DNA of 42,372 nucleotides, from contig MU271396.1 of assembly GCA_021432655.1 (NCBI GenBank), forward strand, positions 32,102-74,473. Reading direction: 5' to 3'. A program made the position numbers and the translations under genes. The notes below the pieces were generated by a model that ran no database searches, had not been told where the DNA came from, and was given only the letters and a program-made list of their open reading frames with translations. This stretch comes from Atractiella rhizophila (lineage: Eukaryota). Of this stretch, positions 37,621 to 42,372 are shown piece after piece. Within the stretch, counting starts at the first letter, position 1. Each line of letters starts with the position of its first letter.

Positions 37621-39634
37621 TTGACGTTCGAACTTATGATAACGAACCAAGGGACCGGGGCCTTTTACCACTGAAGCTACCTTGTTGCAGTTTAAAGCAG
37701 GTTCGGTTGACTAGACAAAAGAGCTAGCGTAGGAGCGCCTTTGTCTACCTCGACTTTTCAGTCCCGCTCTTCAAAACTATGAGTTCACGATACGTCAATA
37801 CATCGAAACAGTTTCACCACGGTTCACCTTTGTTTTGCAGTACTCCCAGTGAAGTGAGGAAAGGAGCTGGGTAGCCTTGCAACTTTTACAGCTCTGGCAC
37901 TTGCAGATGTAGGTACTCGGAGATAAGGAAGGTGCGCTCCGTTTATATCGTCAGTAGTGAAGTTTTCACGGGTTTCGACGGTGACCCGCTGTACACCTTT
38001 TATGCACCCCTTAACTAGTAGTTGTGGAGGTAAGAGAACTAGGAAGCGCGTCTGCGCACGGGTTCGTATTCGTCTTCCTTCTTGCCTGCTTGCGTTTAGG
38101 AAGCGCCCTTAAACACCTCACCTCCTAACTCTTAGTCTACAGTTTGGCCGAGGGGAAGGTTTCATCTGACTCGTAGATAAAGGCTCTTAAATGTCACACG
38201 TTAAGCGAGACTGCAGCGAACGAGACGGAGGACAACGGGGCACGCACGAACACACGACATGGAGAATGAATAACACTGTTTCCTTACACGAATTGCTGTC
38301 ATCGGGATCCCAAAGTTCGTCTCACAGAGAGCGAGATGCTCCCACACCAAGGCTCAGCGGATACTCACACCGGTTCAAACTTTTGATCGGAGGTCAGACC
38401 TCTGTAGTTGCTGCCGAGTAGCTAGACTCCAAGGTTCAAGGTTAACTCGGAGAGAAGCCGCTCGAGAAGAAAAGGTAGAGGGGAAAGTAAGAAGGCATAG
38501 ACGGCGGTGTGCTAGTAACTGCCGTACTTTTCGCCAAACCAACTTCGTGAGGAAACCGGTCTTGTAACGAACGTTCAAGGGAAGCGGGAAGCTGCTGTAA
38601 AGGGTAGAAGGGCGACCTTCCCTAGCGGACCGAGACGCCCACCCAGGCGTGAGTGTGGGAGTAGGGTTAGTGTAGTTTTTTAGCTTAAGGAAGGTAGGAG
38701 GAGGTGACAGTGGAGGGAGGTAGAGGAGGGGGAGGCGATTTGAAATGGCTAGCGAGAAAAAGGAAACAAGGTATACTAATCTCTCCAAAGCTCCTGTAAG
38801 CGGCGAATGGAATAGCGAAGTAGTTATGACCTCTACCACTCTCCGCAAGTCGCCACTGACTTGTTGCTCACCCTGCTTCGCGGCGTTCAATTGAAATGGA
38901 TGCTAAACGTTCATTAGTATAATAAATGGTAAGGGAGTCAACGTACGTGAAGGCAGCATCAAGCCGCTGTGCAAGTTGAAATGGCATTTTCAAGTCGATT
39001 TCGTCCAGAAGCTTCTATTAAAGGGTTTCAAGAGAGCATGAAAAGTTGCAAGGGAAGGAGAAGGTCCATACCTGGGCGCCAAAGCTCGGCACGTCGCAAC
39101 CCTTACAAAGCGGAAGTAAGAGTTGGAACTTTTGGAAAGGATGGTGAGACTAACAAACCTAGGCGAAGCGAGTGTCGAGTTCCGAACTGTCACATCTCCT
39201 AGTACAACATTTGTACACGACAACGGTAACCACGTAAGCAAATACCTAAAAGTTCAATAAGTAACAGAAACTAAACTTTTTCCTTTTGTCAGCTCCGCCA
39301 TGAAATCTTAAGCTCAAAGACAGGAAAGATAGTGAGATATTTACGAATGGACAGGTCACAACAGGCGATTGAGAATGTTGTGTTGATGACTGACAGTGCT
39401 ATGCAGAACTATAAGGCCAGGGACTTCGAATCTTGTCCGTCTTCCTGTTTATCACACCTGTGCCAAGGAAGACGAATTAAGTGCAAGCAAATTGATCAAC
39501 ACGAAGTATACTAGGAGGGTTACGCTATTCTCTGTTTCGACGAACCTAATTCTTTGAGTGTAGATCTTTTGACTGTTCGACTTTAAGTTCCGTTGTATTA
39601 AACCTGTAACAAAGAGCTTCGAGTTGTTCTCGTC

Positions 39635-40420
39635 TCATAATGATTACTGTGCTAGCAGGTGGTTCCTTCTAAATTCACCGCCGACTAGTGTGGAAGTCGC
39701 CGAGAGTGTTCGGTGACCGCTGTAGCTGTTTAGATTATTGCTGAAGGTTTAGATTATTGCTGAAGGTATTATTGCTGAAGGTTTAGATTATTGCTGAAGG
39801 TTTAGATTATTGCTGAAGGTTATGTTGCAGAAGTCCGTTTTGCACGACGTGAGGCAACTACAGCTAAAACATAGGCGAGCGCCAAAAAAGGATGCAGTAC
39901 TGCTTAGCCTGCCAAGTTCCTTTCCACACCCTTTGAACGTTGCTTAGAGGTCAGGGATCATCACCCCATACCGAGGTAAGATAATCCGATTACTAATTAC
40001 CCTATCCTAACCAACTACAGGTCCATGCCCATGCCCTTCACAATGACAGCGAAAATAATGACATTCTCTGGTGTCTTACCCCAAAGATAGGTAAAGGCCG
40101 CTCCATTGAACCGGCAGTCAAAGCAAACTTCCAGGATGCTTCGTTATTTGTTTCAGTAGGTATAGGGCATCTACAAAGCACACAGTCTATGAAGGAGGCT
40201 TCGCTCCGACGGGGTGGACTTCTGTGTCGCTCAGAGCACAGTTGGACGGTTACAACCTGTAGAGCTTCGGGTGGTAAGGATTAGAGGTGAGACGAAATAC
40301 AGTCGCATTTAACGTGAGGTTTATAACGGGCTAAGAATCATCTAACTTAGCGGGTAGCCTTTACCCCTGGAACTCCCTAACTTGTCACGGTGTAGCTGCG
40401 CTCTGGGATTCTTGAAAGCT
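39635..40420 (+). pseudogene. Decayed intronless ORF of unknown origin, copy 2
   Basis: Homologous to copy 1. For example CTT ACC CCA AAG ATA GGT (40075-40092) and CTC ACT CCC AAA ATA GGG (37148-37165) both encode LTPKIG. Confidence 0.6.
39729..39819. repeat. 19-bp minisatellite (TTTAGATTATTGCTGAAGG) x5, third unit shortened
   Basis: Units at 39729, 39748, 39767 (15 nt), 39782 and 39801. A single unit occurs at the homologous position of copy 1 (~36890-36906). Confidence 0.95.
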
Positions 40421-40621
40421 ATCGTAGAGCCGCCTTTTATTAGGTCGACCTTCCAGTTCAAAACTAGGGTTTGCAGTCTTGACTGTTGAAAGCCCGGAGG
40501 TTAACCGTCCACACCCTTGACACAGTTTCGGCCTGATTAAACCTTTGTTGTGTAGTAGTTCAGTGGCAGTGTTCGAGTGAGTTAGACCGACTTGCAACTC
40601 TCGCAAGTCTTACAACTCTTG

Positions 40622-40646
40622 NNNNNNNNNNNNNNNNNNNNNNNNN
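40622..40646. other. Assembly gap (25 N)
   Basis: Run of n characters. Confidence 1.
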
Positions 40647-40770
40647 AATCAAAATTGAAATTTACGGAGTGCAACACGTTTTACCTGAGGAAGTTGTGTT
40701 AGAAGTCGTTATTAGATTGTTCGCCCGTGACTTGTGAGAGCCGCTGAAGGTGTGATCAGCCGCCACTTAA
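40647..40770 (+). CDS. Microprotein family copy G, 5'-truncated by the gap: ...IKIEIYGVQHVLPEEVVLEVVIRLFA|PAT
   Basis: Exon 2 remnant 40647-40726, clearly closest to copy F. Intron 2 homologue is only 33 nt (40727-40759). Exon 3 CC GCC ACT TAA ends at 40770. Confidence 0.7.
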
Positions 40771-41050
40771 ATCTTCCTTGGTGGACGATCGCATAATCAG
40801 TGATACTCCGCTCTTGTTGAGCTTCGAGAAACAATGTCCAGTTGCCTTGAATTTCAGCTTGTCAGTTTTCTAGATGTGAGTTTCTTAATGCATGCAGCTT
40901 TGTCTCTTATCGCATTGGGAGGATCATATGAAGCACAACTAGTTAAATGAACGTGAATCAAGCAGAAGGAACCTTGACACATTATTTGTCCTTCTGCGTC
41001 TTCTAAGCTTCAGGGCCCGGAATAACAAGACGTATCGTGGCAGTGAGTAG
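40647..41050 (+). repeat. Diverged segmental duplicate of ~34600-35030 (copy F plus its 3' flank)
   Basis: Collinear matches such as GCTGAAG.TGTGAT.AGC.GCCACTT.AATCTTCCT and ATCATATGAAGC.CAACTAGT..AATGAACG. Confidence 0.8.
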
Positions 41051-42372
41051 TTGTGTGGTAAGACATAGCGAACAACACTAGAAGTGATAGAAAAGACAGA
41101 AACTTGAATTCTAAAGGCCTCGTATGCTTTCCTTTTTCAAGTCAAAGACAATGAATAACCTGAAAATCCATAAATGGATGCACCGGGAGCAACGAAAACA
41201 ATCCCAACGCTGCGCGGCTCGAAAACCGGGGGTCCCTACCGGGGAAGAGGAAGGAAACGTTGAAAAATATGAGGGGGGAACTATCTTCGAAGACCTGCTA
41301 CAGTCAACTTTTACCGTGTTGAAGGGAAGGCCGTATTTTCACAGATGGTGAGACGGTTGAGACTGTGGAACAGCGGCGAACGCGGGGGATCAAAGCTGGA
41401 GAGAGGAAACAAAGGACAGCTCCAGGATGACCTTCGCGGAGAAACAGACATCCCCTTCCATCTTCGACTGAGCAGATGATCACAACTCATCGATTACTCA
41501 TCTGGGAGCAAAGCTGGGAGATGGTAAATAATCTGATTCACCTTATACAAAATATTGGTAAATTAGCTTGCCCTCGTGTCACCGTGTCTTGAAACTGCGT
41601 CGAATCGTGAGTGGCGAGTGACCTTGCAACCGCGCGAATCATGGAACAGAAACGAGCATCAGTCGCCTGCAGGTGCGAGCAGTAAGAGGTGAGAGCAAAG
41701 ATAGCAAAGAACCATGCAAATGCTAGCAAACTGGTGGCTGCGACGCGATGCGAGTGAAGTGGACGCTGCTATAGGATCGATAGCTTGATTCGTTGGAATG
41801 GGCTCAGGTGAGGTACGTATGCTCTCTCTGGATGCTCAGGGAGTGGAGCGAGACTAGGGTGGAAGGCTTCACTTGTTGTGTAATGCCGATTGGGCAAGCA
41901 AACACGGCTTGATTAAAAGTTTGATGCAGTTGAGTCGGTTGTAGCTTGTTGGCAGCTACCCGAAGCCTAATCGTTTATTATTCACATCGAAGATGTAATC
42001 CGTTGGCGCGTTGCAAAGGAGGAGCAATGCGCGCCCTGCAGGCTACAGTTGCCGCTGTGACCGATGTTCGTCGTTCGAGTCGTACATTTCGTTCCGTTCA
42101 TCTTTTGCTCAACACAATTGGGTCATCGATGACGGGATCAGGCGGGATGGATCAGGATGGATGCTTTTAAAATAGATAGCCTTCGCCACCAGTATGATGC
42201 ACGGTCGTCCTCTCTCTGTTTGGAGAGATGCTGTTGTGTTGTGGGTAAGGGATTCATTCCGATGCGGCCGACATCACAACCAAATATTTAATTTCGAGTC
42301 GTTTCTGCGATCATCCGTTTACGCGCCGCCGACATCGGATAAGCATTCACTGTAATGGGGAGAAGGAAAGTG

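Noticed and set aside
39729..39819. CRISPR-like repeat array
   Set aside because: Units are head-to-tail with no unique spacers, and the context is eukaryotic. It is a minisatellite.
41500..41760. Small secreted-like ORF 41538..41729 (-)
   Set aside because: Non-ATG start, the hydrophobic part looks like a pyrimidine-rich intron, and there is no supporting homology in the window.

Overview
Eukaryotic (fungal, probably basidiomycete) DNA with short ~50-nt introns. The left end holds the 5' part of an apparently intact Ty3/Gypsy LTR retrotransposon on the minus strand (LTR, gag, -1 frameshift signal, PR-RT-RNaseH). It is inserted into the ORF of a large DNA-transposon-type protein that ends in a HeH/LEM-like motif. 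The middle holds ordinary genes: a membrane protein, an F-box-like protein, a Pro-rich protein, an HPP-family protein and PRP19. The long second intron of PRP19 carries a candidate box C/D snoRNA. The main finding is invisible to the ORF track: seven dispersed copies of a three-exon gene encoding a ~48-54 aa microprotein (about 7.7, 19.0, 27.7, 29.8, 31.3, 34.5 and 40.7 kb). The six complete copies have identical intron positions and phases, an exactly 97-nt middle exon, a TATA-like box ~70-95 nt upstream, and the consensus W-x-[FIY]-[VI]-x-K-x-E-G-G-Y-I-x-E-x-x-G...P-E-E...L-x-V-L-x-x-L-L-A-R. The right end also holds two diverged, decayed copies of an unknown intronless ORF that share an invariant 61-nt block. 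All gene models were read by eye; no database searches were run.
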